Shown piece by piece: positions 1-11,299 of a stretch of DNA of 64,000 bases. The position numbers and the translations under genes were made by a program. How positions within the stretch are numbered: position 1 is the stretch's first letter; every line of letters starts with the position of its first letter. The notes under the pieces were generated by a model. It ran no database searches. It was not told where the DNA came from and saw only the letters and a list, made by a program, of their open reading frames with translations. Origin of the DNA: Octopus bimaculoides (taxonomy: Eukaryota); contig NC_068981.1 in the NCBI RefSeq assembly GCF_001194135.2, positions 140,044,678 to 140,108,677 of the forward strand, given 5' to 3'.

Positions 1-411
1 TATATTTATGTGTTTGTTCTGTACTTTGAATTTTACATCGACTTTAACAAACTGCGCGATGTTTCAAAAAGTTTTTTTTTACATATATATATTTAAACAT
101 TCTAAATCTTCTTTATTTGAAGCGCATCATCCATATTTGAAAAGCTATTCTGAAATGAGAGAATCATTTCAAAATGGTTGAGGGTATTTAAGAAGCTATT
201 TTCATTAATGTTGATTTCTTGCATCATATCAGTTAAAACTTATTTCCTTTTAGTAATTTTATTATTCAGTTTGGTATTGGTAGTGTTAAGCAATAATTTC
301 TATGAATAAGTTTATAAGTATATAATGTAAAGATACTTAGGATTACTAAGTTTGAAAGGCCCAGCACTAAAGTTATATGGTGCAATTACATTCCGGTAGA
401 TTTTGCTTATG

Positions 412-780
412 TTCATTTATTCTTTTACTTGTTTCAGTAATTCTGACTGTGGCCCGACCTCTGGACTTATTCTTTGTAAGCCTGGTACTTATTCCATTAG
501 GTTCTATTGCCGAACTGCTAGAGTTACTGTGACGTAAACACACAAAGATCATTTGTCAAACGATGGTGGGGGAACAAACACAGACAAAACCACATAAATA
601 TATACATATATGAATACGATAGCCTTATTTCAGTTTCCGTCTACCAAACCCACTCACGTGCCTTTGGTCGGCCCGGGGCTATAGAAGAAGACACCTGCCC
701 AAGGTACCACACAGTTGGACTGAACCCGGAACCACGTGGTTGGGAAACAAGCTTCTTAACACATAGCCACGGCTGCACCT
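412..780 (-). mobile_element. tRNA-derived SINE, family A (CORE-like body, internal TA/CA microsatellite)
   Basis: The reverse complement begins with a tRNA-like head (GTGGCTATGTGTTAAG...GGTTCAGTCC), then ACCTTGGGCAGGTG, and ends TGAAACAAGTAAAAGAATA. It aligns by eye with copies at 8146, 17799, 21088 and 39921. Confidence 0.85.
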
Positions 781-908
781 ATATATTGCTAGTAATTTCA
801 TATCCTCTCAGTCATTCTAATGTTGTAATTTTAAATACGGTAATACTAAAATTAGCAGCGACAAACGTAAACCAACAGCATCAGTAATATTCTTTCTAAT
901 GTTGGCCC

Positions 909-1140
909 AAGGCAGTGAGCTGGCGGAAACGTTAGCAAGCCAGGCGAAGTGCTTAGCGGTATTTCGTCTATCTTTACGTTATGAGTTCAAATTCCGTCGA
1001 GGTCGACTTTGCCTTTCATCCTTTCGGGGTTGATAAATTAAGTACCCGTTGCGCACTGGGGTTGATGTAATAGACTTAATCCCTTTGTTTGTCCTTGTTT
1101 GTCCCCTCTATGTTTAGCCTCTTATGGGCAATAAAGACGT
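909..1140 (+). mobile_element. tRNA-derived SINE, family B (GTCGACTTTGCCTTTCATCCTTTCGGGG central domain)
   Basis: Head GGCAGTGAGCTGGC, B-box-like GTTCAAATTCC, and a conserved central domain shared with many other copies in the window. Confidence 0.85.
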
Positions 1141-1300
1141 AAGAAACGTTAGCACACCAGGCGAAGTGCTTAGCAGTATTTCGTCTGTCTTTACGTTCTG
1201 TGTTCAAATTCCGCCGAGGTCGACTTTGCTTTTCATCCTTTCGGGGTCGACAAATTAAATACCAGTTGCATACTGGTGTCGGTCTTATCGACTTGCCCCC
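1141..1300 (+). mobile_element. Second, head-truncated family B SINE in direct tandem
   Basis: Restarts at AGAAACGTTAGCA immediately after the first copy and repeats the same body. Confidence 0.8.
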
Positions 1301-1322
1301 ACTTGTGCCTAGAGTAGAAAAG

Positions 1323-1520
1323 ATTATTCTTTCTAATTTTAGCCCAAGGCAATCACTTTTGCGAGGAGGATCAGTTGATTACATCGCCTCCAATTCTCAA
1401 GTGACACTTAATTTTATCGACTCCTAATTGTTGACAGGCCAAATCAACGTCAATGGAATTTGAACTCAGAACATAGAGCCAAAAGAAAAAAAAAAGAAAA
1501 TGCCGCCGTAACGTTCCAAA
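1323..1520 (-). mobile_element. Degenerate family B SINE
   Basis: GGAATTTGAACTCAGAAC is the reverse complement of the B-box region, and TTTTATCGAC and GATTACATCG match the reverse of the body. Confidence 0.6.
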
Positions 1521-1872
1521 TTATTAATAATAACGATAATAACGTTAACATTTGGTATACGGACAATAGTATTAACATTTCCAAACTATAAGCTTACAAT
1601 TTCTTTGCCTTCAGAACATATATTCCTTACAGCCGCAGTCTAAAACAGATTGCCTCCTTAATTGAAAAGCCATAACGAAATTCCAGAGGAGCAGGAATGG
1701 GAGTGATGTACAGCTGTAAAAAGCAGCAACCGTAGAGCGATATTGCTGATGATGACAATACTAGTACTAAATCTCTTGAACTTTGGGGCTGGTATATTGG
1801 CAAGTGTTTCGCGTGCCACCTTCATTTGTTCTTTAATCTTGCCTCTAGCTTTGAAAACAAAATATACTATAT

Positions 1873-1875
<3 letters not shown>

Positions 1876-1928
<53 letters not shown>

Positions 1929-2090
1929 NNNNNNNNNNNNNNNNNNNNNNNNNNNNNNNNNNNNNNNNNNNNNNNNNNNNNNNNNNNNNNNNNNNNNNNN
2001 NNNNNNNNNNNNNNNNNNNNNNNNNNNNNNNNNNNNNNNNNNNNNNNNNNNNNNNNNNNNNNNNNNNNNNNNNNNNNNNNNNNNNNNNNN

Positions 2091-2122
<32 letters not shown>

Positions 2123-2142
2123 TAGATAGATAGATAGATAGA
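1876..2142. repeat. (GA)n / assembly gap / (TA)n(GATA)n compound microsatellite
   Basis: Read directly; N-run at 1929-2090. Confidence 0.95.
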
Positions 2143-3307
2143 TGGATTGAGTGATTGATTACAAGAACTAGATTCTGACTCCATCATGTTTCGCGTCATG
2201 TATGTGCGAGGGCTGTTCTTTGTTCTCTTCAAGGCAGAAAGGAAACTCCTGTAGGTTTGGTAAAGACGAGTTACCTGGGTGAAAGCTTATTGCAGAGAAG
2301 CACCCTTTTTATGGATATGATGTTACTAGTCCTGAGCAAGATAAACTGTATATTATAATGAGGTTCCAGCTCGTATTTCAGACGTTTGGATTAATTAAAG
2401 TTAACTCATTGTCCACATTACTCCAAGGTTCGCTCTCACTGGAGATGGTATTATATTCCAATTTAAAGCACTGGTCCAAATTGCCAAATTGTAAAAAGTG
2501 TTTCTCTGTCTACCTAAAAATTGAACAAAACTTATGCCTCAGTGGGATGTCGGGAGACTAAAAATTATACACTGTAAATAAACTGGTAAAAGGCGATGGG
2601 AAAATCACTACTGTATCTTTCTCAAAGAAAATAATGTCTTGAGAATTTGGCAAGAAAATTCATGGTTATTGAGTCCATTTAATCAGTAATGCCACATATA
2701 GGAAGATAGAGACCGAAAGAGACAGAAAGAGGAATTGATACCGTGCGTTTGTTATCTCTTAAGTTCTTCTTATCAACAGGGCATCAACTTAAAAGTATAC
2801 TCACAAATTCTGATTTCTAAACTGCATTCCAAACATTCTGTTCAACATCATATATGTTTGTGTTATTGTTGTCGGTTGTTACCGAAAATTTGTTTGAAAT
2901 GTTACAGGTTTTCACAAAAATATCATACTTTTATACTTTTTCAAAATTAGAAGAACTCTACGTTTAATACTACTGACTGTTGCATTTTTTTTCGATGATG
3001 TCTTACTCTGTTCCATATCATTTTTTATGATAAAGGGCGACTTTATTATTGATTAGGAATTTCTGTGCAAAAGAAAATGAAATTATTTTAAAAGTCAATT
3101 TATATCACACATCGGTGCGGAAAAGTCTTTCAAATAGTTCATTAAAAATCTCTGTATGAAAGAAATTTTTTAATGAAATTTCTCTATTTCAGCTACATTA
3201 GAAACACATTCAGAATCCTCGGAGTAATTTCAGGCACGTCTGCACAAAGGCACGTTTGAACAAAGTCAGAAGTCAATAATAAAAATAAAAATAAAAATAA
3301 AAATAAA

Positions 3308-3355
<48 letters not shown>

Positions 3356-3550
3356 TCCTAATGTTTGGCAGAAGGCCAGCAGTTTTGGGTGGAGCAGGCT
3401 AGTCGCTTACATTGATACCAGTACTTGATCGTACATTTTTTTTACCGACCTCCAGAAAGTGAAAGTCAATCGTGACATCGATGGCATTTGAACGGAGAAA
3501 GCAAGAAGCCAGCGGAAGTGCCGCTGAATATTCTACCAGTTTGCCGCTTT
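3356..3550 (-). mobile_element. Degenerate family B SINE between (AAT)n tracts
   Basis: Tail GGCAGAAGGCCAGCA matches the reverse of CTGGCCTTGTGCC seen at 52540 and 61080. The head ends CCAGTTTGCCGC. Confidence 0.55.
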
Positions 3551-3572
3551 CATAATGATGATGATGATGATG

Positions 3573-3640
<68 letters not shown>

Positions 3641-3642
<2 letters not shown>

Positions 3643-4295
3643 GTGCAGAGTAGACAACACTACCAACAGCGACAAATGCATAATGTGTGGTGAGAGGGGT
3701 GAAACGGTATGGCACATCGTTACTGAATACCGGAAATTAGCACAACGCGATACAAAAGTCGACCAGACAATGTGGCAAGAATGATCCATTGGGAACTCTG
3801 TGGAAATCTCGGCCTACAAAGAGCAAAGACGTGGTATGAACAAACCCCAAAAGGAGTCACTGAGAATGAAAATTGCAAAATCCTGTGGGATGTCATGATT
3901 CAGTGCGATAATTCATCCAGATATCGGAAATCGGACATTGTTGTTGTGAGAAAAAAAGAAAGAACATACATGAAAATTCGACATAGCATGCCCCGGTAAA
4001 AACAGGATCAAAGAGAGAAAAGAAGAAAAAAATAAACAACTATGACGATATGAAGTGGGAAATACGACGGTTGTGGTCAATGATGAGAGTAAATGTGTTA
4101 CTAATAGTAATTGGTGCACTTGGAAATATCATGGCTGAAAAAGATGGGTGCAAGTGTGTAGGTAGAAAACCTACAAAAGACAGCATTGCTTGGAACTGAA
4201 ATAATTTTTCACAGGGTTCTTGATGCATGACTAATAAACAAGTGTCACCTTAGTCTGCTGGCTGTAGACAACTGACACTTTCCAGAAATCCCAGC
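3641..4295 (+). mobile_element. R4/Dong-type non-LTR retrotransposon, 5'-truncated 3' fragment (zinc knuckle + restriction-like endonuclease), frameshifted
   Basis: Translation gives KCRVD..SDKCIMCGERGETVWHIV..YRKLAQ / ARMIHWELC..WYEQTP..ENENCKILWDVMIQCD..RKSDIVVV, then frameshifted C-terminal remnants. This is the CCHC and RLE region of R4-clade elements. Preceded by (AAT)n. Confidence 0.85.
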
Positions 4296-4315
4296 AAAAT
4301 AATGATAATTTTAAA

Positions 4316-4857
4316 ATTCCCTGATGCAATACCAGGCAGTGGCTTTCATGAAATTTAATTTTAACTGATTGGAAGTGTTATTTGTTTTGGTACAAAAAAT
4401 GGGCTATCGTAAATATTCTGCCCAATACCACAAATTTGCTTGTCACTTGTTTGACCTTATCCAGTTGAGATTGTCCCTTGGTAGCTGACAATATGTGCAT
4501 CTCTGATCACGAACAGAAGTAGCGGGGGAGCATGATAGCCATGTGTTGAGAGGAATTTTGGGGGTTTGAATAATTCACCACAGGAAATATGCGTGGTTCG
4601 TTCAGCATCCTTAAACAACTCTTATTCAGGGACCTTTTGAGTGGGATGGGCTACTCAAACAGAAGAAAATTCTAACTGGACACACCTACAAAGTATTGCG
4701 CTGTTTATCTTGATATGAGAACACCATGTCGCGCACGTATGATTGTGATGCATGTGTGTGATGTACCGATATTAGACGGGTAGTCATGATGGTTATATTA
4801 GGCTTCGTATATTTGTACGCCAGTGTCACTTTGATGGCATTTGCTGCTCTCTCACTC
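4316..4857 (+). mobile_element. Unclassified ~540-bp non-coding interspersed repeat with (AAT)n tail (element X, copy 1)
   Basis: Full-length reverse-complement match to 16986-17545. Starts near CCTGATGCAATACCAGGC and ends CTCTCTCACTC followed by (AAT)n. Confidence 0.8.
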
Positions 4858-4877
4858 AATAATAATAATCATATCTA

Positions 4878-5067
4878 CTGTAGGCACAAGGTCTGAAATT
4901 TAGACGAAGGGATTAAGACGATTGTATTGATCCCTTATTTAATCGACACCGAAAGGATGAAGGGCAAAGTCGACCTCTGTGGAATTTGAACTCAGAATGT
5001 AAAGACGGACGAAATGACGCAAAGCATTTTCCCCGGCATGCTAACGATTAAACCAGCTCGCCGCTGA
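4878..5067 (-). mobile_element. Family B SINE
   Basis: GAAAGGATGAAGGGCAAAGTCGACCTC..GGAATTTGAACTCAG..CCAGCTCGCCGC is the reverse complement of the family B body and head. Confidence 0.8.
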
Positions 5068-5250
<183 letters not shown>

Positions 5251-5900
5251 GAAGTTGCTGGGAAAAGATGGAGTGGATGAAACCATTGCTCATATTACGA
5301 ATGAGTGCCCTAGACTTGCCCCAAATCACTACAAGTCGTGGCGACAGGGTCAGGTAGCGAAAGTGTTACATTGGACACTGTGAAGGCTAGAGAAAGGCAA
5401 GACGTGGGTTGATCACAAACCGCTGAGAGTGGTGAAGTCGGAGACTAGCAAAATCCTCTGGGATTTCCCAATCCAAGCAAATCAGGTGCGAGAGCATAAC
5501 AGACCGGACCTAGTAGTGGTGGACAAGATGCACCACTTATGCTATATAGTTGATGTTGCATGCCCCTTTAACCCACGAATAGTGAAGAAGGAAGGAGAAA
5601 AGGTCGATAAATACAATGCTCTTAAGTACGAAATAGTCCGGCTATGGAAAATGAAGGTGAAGACACTGCCAATTATTCTTGGGTCCTTGGGAACAATAAC
5701 AGGAGGCATCAAAGCGAATATAAAGGAAATTGGAATAGAGTGCCCAGTAGAACTGTTACAAAAGGGTTTGCCTCCTTGGCACTGACGGAATAATGAAGAA
5801 AGTATTGGATAGCTGACATGAATGGATAACATGCTACCGTAGGCTGCAGGTAGCAAGATCGTTTCGCATGTAAGTCTCCAGGGGCTCTAAAAAACGTGTG
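5251..5900 (+). mobile_element. R4/Dong-type LINE 3' fragment, second subfamily
   Basis: ETIAHITNECPRLAPNHYKSWR..VAKVLHW, then ORF 5429-5785 KILWDFPIQ..EHNRPDLVVVDK..CYIVDVACP..EKVDKY..LKYEIVRLW..PIILGSLG (RLE catalytic PD..D motif). (AAT)-type repeats lie on both sides. Confidence 0.88.
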
Positions 5901-6039
5901 ATAATGATAAAGAGAAAATAAAATAATAATAGTAATAATAATAGTAATAATAATAACAGCAGCAGCAGCATCAGTAACTATTTTATAGTCATATCTTTTG
6001 TATTAGCTAAGTATAACACCTTAGTCAACAATAGTTGAA

Positions 6040-6425
6040 GAGATCACTCCAAAAAACGAAAAGCAGGATTTAGAAAGGCACAACAATGAAGCTCCAGTTC
6101 AGAGAGAAGCAGACGTTTTGGAAAGATATATAGAGTGATGAGTCAGTGTGAAGTCTTAAAGTACAGAATAAGAAAATAAATTGAGAAGAGAAGATGTTAA
6201 TATAGAAATCAAGCTTTAAAATAATCATATTCGAAGTCACACGGACCAGACAACTGGTATGGGTTCCGGTTGAAGCTCATGGCCAAAGTAAGATATATGG
6301 ATGAACGTTTCCTGCTGAAACGTAATCATAAATTGGATGACTAAAAGCAAATATTTAACTTGTCATCAAAACAGACAAAGATCTTAAGATCTCAAACTAC
6401 AGACAATTTCCAATAAAATTTCTTG
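6040..6425 (+). mobile_element. Highly decayed R4/Dong RT N-terminal fragment
   Basis: Remnant motifs TFWKDI*, SKSHGPDNWYGFRLK and NYRQ resemble FW..IW, WKSPGPD..GFWLK and NYRPI of RLE-clade reverse transcriptases. Confidence 0.6.
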
Positions 6426-6564
6426 ACGGGAGCTTTTGCGAATACAGTGCGAGATTTATTCTGTATTAAACAGAAAGGTTATCGAAATGACCGCCAAAAA
6501 AGTAAACAACAAAATATAAATAAACAAACAAAAGAAAAAAAAAGAATATTAATCAACAATATAT

Positions 6565-6690
6565 TCACATTATTTACATTATTTACATTTGACGGATATT
6601 TGTCCTCATCTTGTTTGTTGTTAACACAACGTTTCGGCTGATATACCCTCCAGCCTTCGTCAGGTGTCTTGGGGAAATTTCGAACTTATA
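6565..6690 (-). mobile_element. Penelope-like element terminal-repeat (pLTR) fragment
   Basis: Contains a minimal type-I hammerhead motif, the established hallmark of Penelope pLTRs. Confidence 0.6.
6623..6668 (-). ncRNA. Type-I hammerhead ribozyme (minimal, palindromic stem III)
   Basis: Minus strand reads GACAC-CUGACGA-A-GGCUG(gaggguauau)CAGCC-GAA-ACGU-U-GUGUU. Stem I is GACAC/GUGUU, stem II is GGCUG/CAGCC, stem III is the ACGU palindrome, and the cleavage triplet is GUU. Confidence 0.75.
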
Positions 6691-6719
6691 TTCTAGCTTC
6701 TTTCATGACTCCTTTATAT

Positions 6720-7370
6720 AAGCAACTGTCATTTTAAAGGTATATGTAGTGCAAGGAAGGTAGCTCTAGGGAGGAATCAAATATTCGTGAAATGGATTTT
6801 CCCTGTTTACAGCACATCAAGAGCATGTAAGGTATGTGGGGTTTTTTTCACTACAAATATACATCAATCATAGACCCCTTCATTATCGATATACTTACTT
6901 ATGTATCTCGTTACTTGATCCACGAAATGTAGGTTCAAACTCACTGCTTTCAAAACTCACTCCTTAAGAAAAATTCCGTATTGAATTGATTATTCACGGA
7001 CAATATTTGGTTTCATACAACTCATTTTGTGGAAGTTATGGTATTTCCGTCATTAAGCTCGCATTTTAATAACCTTCTTAACTCTTGGAAATATTCTCCC
7101 CTTACTACTTATAAAATCTTTATGCAATCAGGTTCGATAACTCACAGCTATTTTTAAACCTCATCATTGTCAACCTCTTGTACTTTCTCGTTAAGCATGT
7201 CCATTTCTTACTCAAAAGGATCCCGCGCTTGAAATTACCGCATCCCATTCCGGTATCTATTTTTCTCAAAATATATTGTCAGCATACCGAAAAGATTATA
7301 CAATATTTTCTAAGTCGTATCAAAAATATTTGGGTCGTCTATGAATAATAAATGGTTAACCTGCTCTTTT
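6720..7370 (-). mobile_element. Decayed R4/Dong RT fragment
   Basis: Minus strand gives QVNHLLFIDD (RT catalytic motif) and YFQELRRLLKCELNDGNTI (typical R4 post-RT motif), with many stops. Confidence 0.6.
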
Positions 7371-7936
7371 CTTAATTAGTATGTAAATGTATGTAAATGT
7401 ATTAAAATATTATACCCAAAGACACATTCGCTCACATAAAGCCAGAGACATACACACATATATACACATATATATTACATATATACGCATGTGAATGGGC
7501 AGGCTCATATAGATATATAGTCTGAACATGAAATACCTATGCCTCCATATTTGTCGCTCACAAACCATTTCATTCACAAACTCTCTCTGCATCACTTCTT
7601 TTCTATTTTATATTTCATAAGAATAATTTTATTTCATTTTATTAATTCTTATTTTGACATTGTAAGTTTTCCTAGATATGTTTAACACTTCATCAGATAG
7701 TAATTCGCGAATGATATATGATAACCCTTCTGTGAAAACACATTCGGAAACGGAAGAAATTAGTTGTTCAACGCAACGTTTGTTACAGCATCTTACCTGC
7801 TCACGGAGGGGAAAAAAAAAAACGGAGAAATTTTATATGAACTTCGAGTGCTTTGTGCAAATTTTCTCGTATAGAACTTTGTAATATTTCTATGATTTAT
7901 TAAAATGTGTAATAGCTTCCTGAATCACTACTACTG

Positions 7937-7972
<36 letters not shown>

Positions 7973-8010
7973 CATACACACAAAGACACATACTAATACA
8001 CACACACACG

Positions 8011-8049
<39 letters not shown>

Positions 8050-8145
8050 TCATATTTTAGGGGTACATAGACAAGTGCTTAGAGTGATCTGGTTCATGTA
8101 GAGCTGTATGGATACACATTTTAGGTGGGTCAATTGATTGTTTTA

Positions 8146-8492
8146 ATTGGTAAGAAGTTTTCTCTCCAATCACATAGATTCGGGTTCAGTTCCACTGCAA
8201 CTATCAATTATCTTGGGCAAGTATCATTTACTATAGCGACGACTAAAGATATATTTGTCGCTTCGGTAGACGGAAATTGAAGGAAGACCATAGTATATAG
8301 ATGTGTGTGTGTTTGAGCGCGTGCGTGTGTGTGTGTGAGTGTGTGCATGCGTTCTTGTGTCTTTCCGTCTATGTTTTTCCCCCACCACGGCTTCACACAC
8401 ACGTTCTTGGTTTGTTTACGCCCCCGTACTTTAGCGCTTCGGCAAAAGACAGAGATTCAATAAGTACCAGGATTATAAAGGAATACTAGGGT
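8146..8492 (+). mobile_element. Diverged family A SINE
   Basis: GGTAAGAAG..GGGTTCAGTTCC..CTTGGGCAAG..GGTAGACGGAAA..(TG)n..TTTACGCCCCCGT..TTCGGCAAAA..AATAAGTAC. Confidence 0.75.
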
Positions 8493-8704
8493 ATATATAT
8501 GTATGTGTGTGTATTCGTTTTATTTTATTTACTGATTGGAGGGAATTTTTTGATAAAGTGTTGTTCTGCATGAAAATACATTAGTATCATATTTGCAAAT
8601 TAACAACTTGAAAAGTCAATCAGTAATATTCGGGGGAAAGTATTTTAGGAGGGGTGGGGAGGATTTTCGGAAAATTTACCGGTGTTCACATGAATTCGTC
8701 TTAA

Positions 8705-8885
8705 CTTTCAGGAAATTTTTATATGAAATTGTCTACAAATATACTTCGGAATATGTAGATTCAAAGCATATAGGATTCTGGGGAGAAAACAATTGAGGGT
8801 TATTTTTCAGAACTGTTCCCCACTCGGGGAACAAGTCGTCCACATTTGTTTCAATTTCTCCGTTTTGTGCGTTTGTGCATCTGTA
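8705..8885 (+). repeat. Left arm of a ~180-bp imperfect inverted repeat (unclassified repeat family)
   Basis: Reverse-complement match to 9730-9926, including GGGTTATTTTTCAGAACTGT and TTTTGTGCGTTTGTGCATC. Confidence 0.8.
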
Positions 8886-9481
8886 TATAACCTTGAAACC
8901 CTAGCCGTAAATTTCGGGGAAAAAATTGAAAAGTTAAGGAGCGGGTGTATTAAAAATTCTAAAAGTAATTTTTTTTGCATATTAAGAATCTCCGTTGCAG
9001 ACAAGGTCGTAATTCATAGAAAATAAAAAGAAAGCAGAAAGGGGTGGCAAGCTTATTCTCAGTTTCCCTACACACACACATATACATATATTGAAAAAAA
9101 TTCAAACCTGTGAATGATTCCATTCAATATCATGTTTATTATAGAGATTATGCAACAAATTATAGTTTGCACTTCTATAATTTAACTGTGTGTGTATATT
9201 ATTTATTTTTGCTTCTGGTGTCTTATTGTATCTTATTTTAATTTACTTTATCTTAATAAACCTTTTTTGATGTCCTTACAAACGTTCCTCAAACTGATGA
9301 AAATGACAATTCATAAATTTAATTATAATTACTAAGATTATAATTTTTTTCTTACATATTTGTATTGTCCTTTGAAACGCGCGTATGTATGGAATCCTAT
9401 TTTGTATTAAATGTAATTTTGATTCAACATCTTTTTCTCCTCCGTTTTTCTATAATTGTTTATGGTATATTCATAATTAGA

Positions 9482-9560
9482 ACCTTTCTATTTTTAGCAC
9501 CTTTCTATTTTTAGCACCTTTCTATTTTTAGCACCTTTCTATTTTTAGCACCTTTCTATT
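9482..9560 (+). repeat. 17-bp minisatellite (ACCTTTCTATTTTTAGC) x4 plus a partial copy
   Basis: Four perfect units read directly. Confidence 0.95.
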
Positions 9561-9729
9561 AGAACCGTTTACCTGGGAATTTACTTAAAGTGCAAAAAAA
9601 GTCGTATGCTACAAATAAGTTGTCTTAATAACAAATATCTGTGTACTATTCATTTAGCTGTTATTTTTAGCATGGGTTTTCTGGTGAGGGCTTCATTTGC
9701 TTTCATTGCTTGTTGCTTCAATAGAAATC

Positions 9730-9926
9730 TACGGATGCACAAACGCACAAAACAGGGAAAATGTAACATATATGGACGATTGTTCCGAAACATTCCCGAG
9801 TGGGGACAGTTCTGAAAAATAACCCCCAATTGATTTCTCCCAGAATTTCTATGTGCTCTGAATCTACAGCGTCCAAGGTATATTTGTGGACAATTTCATT
9901 AAAAAAAATATCCATTTTCCTGAAAG
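9730..9926 (-). repeat. Right arm of the inverted repeat with 8705-8885
   Basis: See left arm. Confidence 0.8.
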
Positions 9927-11299
9927 AATGATCCAGAGGTATGAGCGTGCATTGAAGGCACACACACAGACAGATAACAAATGAACGACAAAAGATGGAA
10001 TATACGAGAATATATTATTAATCACAGGAATTGTTTCGACACATCTACCATTAACTCTTCTTCTGGGACACACAAAAACTTGTTCACGAGTATTCGGTAA
10101 TGCAGACGAGAGATAAATAAAAAATGTCGTTAAAATGAATGTTCCATAATTGAGCTTTCCGTTTTTTAGAGAGCACAACAGCCAGACGGAGGAAAATTCT
10201 TCGTATATGTAGAAGATCCCAAAATAAAATTGCAGAAGACTAAAAGAAAAACGAACACTTAATCCAGCGAGAAAAGTATACATACATACATACATATATA
10301 TANNNNNNNNNNNNNNNNNNNNNNNNNNNNNNNNNNNNNNNNNNNNNNNNNNNNNNNNNNNNNNNNNNNNNNNNNNNNNNNNNNNNNNNNNNNNNNNNNN
10401 NNNNNNNNNNNNNNNNNNNNNNNNNNNNNNNNNNNNNNNNNNNNNNNNNNNNNNNNNNNNNNNNNNNNNNNNNNNNNNNNNNNNNNNNNNNNNNNNNNNN
10501 NNNNNNNNNNNNNNNNNNNNNNNNNNNNNNNNNNNNNNNNNNNNNNNNNNNNNNNNNNNNNNNNNNNNNNNNNNNNNNNNNNNNNNNNNNNNNNNNNNNN
10601 NNNNNNNNNNNNNNNNNNNNNNNNNNNNNNNNNNNNNNNNNNNNNNNNNNNNNNNNNNNNNNNNNNNNNNNNNNNNNNNNNNNNNNNNNNNNNNNNNNNN
10701 NNNNNNNNNNNNNNNNNNNNNNNNNNNNNNNNNNNNNNNNNNNNNNNNNNNNNNNNNNNNNNNNNNNNNNNNNNNNNNNNNNNNNNNNNNNNNNNNNNNN
10801 NNNNNNNNNNNNNNNNNNNNNNNNNNNNNNNNNNNNNNNNNNNNNNNNNNNNNNNNNNNNNNNNNNNNNNNNNNNNNNNNNNNNNNNNNNNNNNNNNNNN
10901 NNNNNNNNNNNNNNNNNNNNNNNATATATATATATATATACATACATACAAACATGCACACACACACACAAACACGCATATATGTTGTACGTATGCAAAT
11001 ATTATTTTGTGTTACAGTGCTGTTCTATCGTTACATATGTGCAGTAATTTAAATACTTGGAAAGAGTTGAATCATTCCCATGTCTACTTTCAGAATAATA
11101 CAATCCTAGGTTACGTTAGCTGTGGATCTTTGATACGGCTTCGCGTATAGACATTTGATTAGAACAGATTTCTCAGACAAATTTGTTGCGGCAAGGTATC
11201 TATTGCAGCATTATATTCACTAGAGAATCAACTCGATATTACTTGTGACTGAGTATATTCTCTAGACTACAGAATATCCACGACTCATTGTAAGCACCA

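Noticed and set aside
4316-4380. HDV-like ribozyme at the 5' end of element X
   Set aside because: Only a simple hairpin is evident; I could not fit the nested P1/P2/P3/P1.1 pseudoknot.
9482-9560. CRISPR-like or coding interpretation of the short direct repeats (also 28755-28834)
   Set aside because: The units are contiguous with no spacers, in a eukaryotic context; these are ordinary minisatellites.
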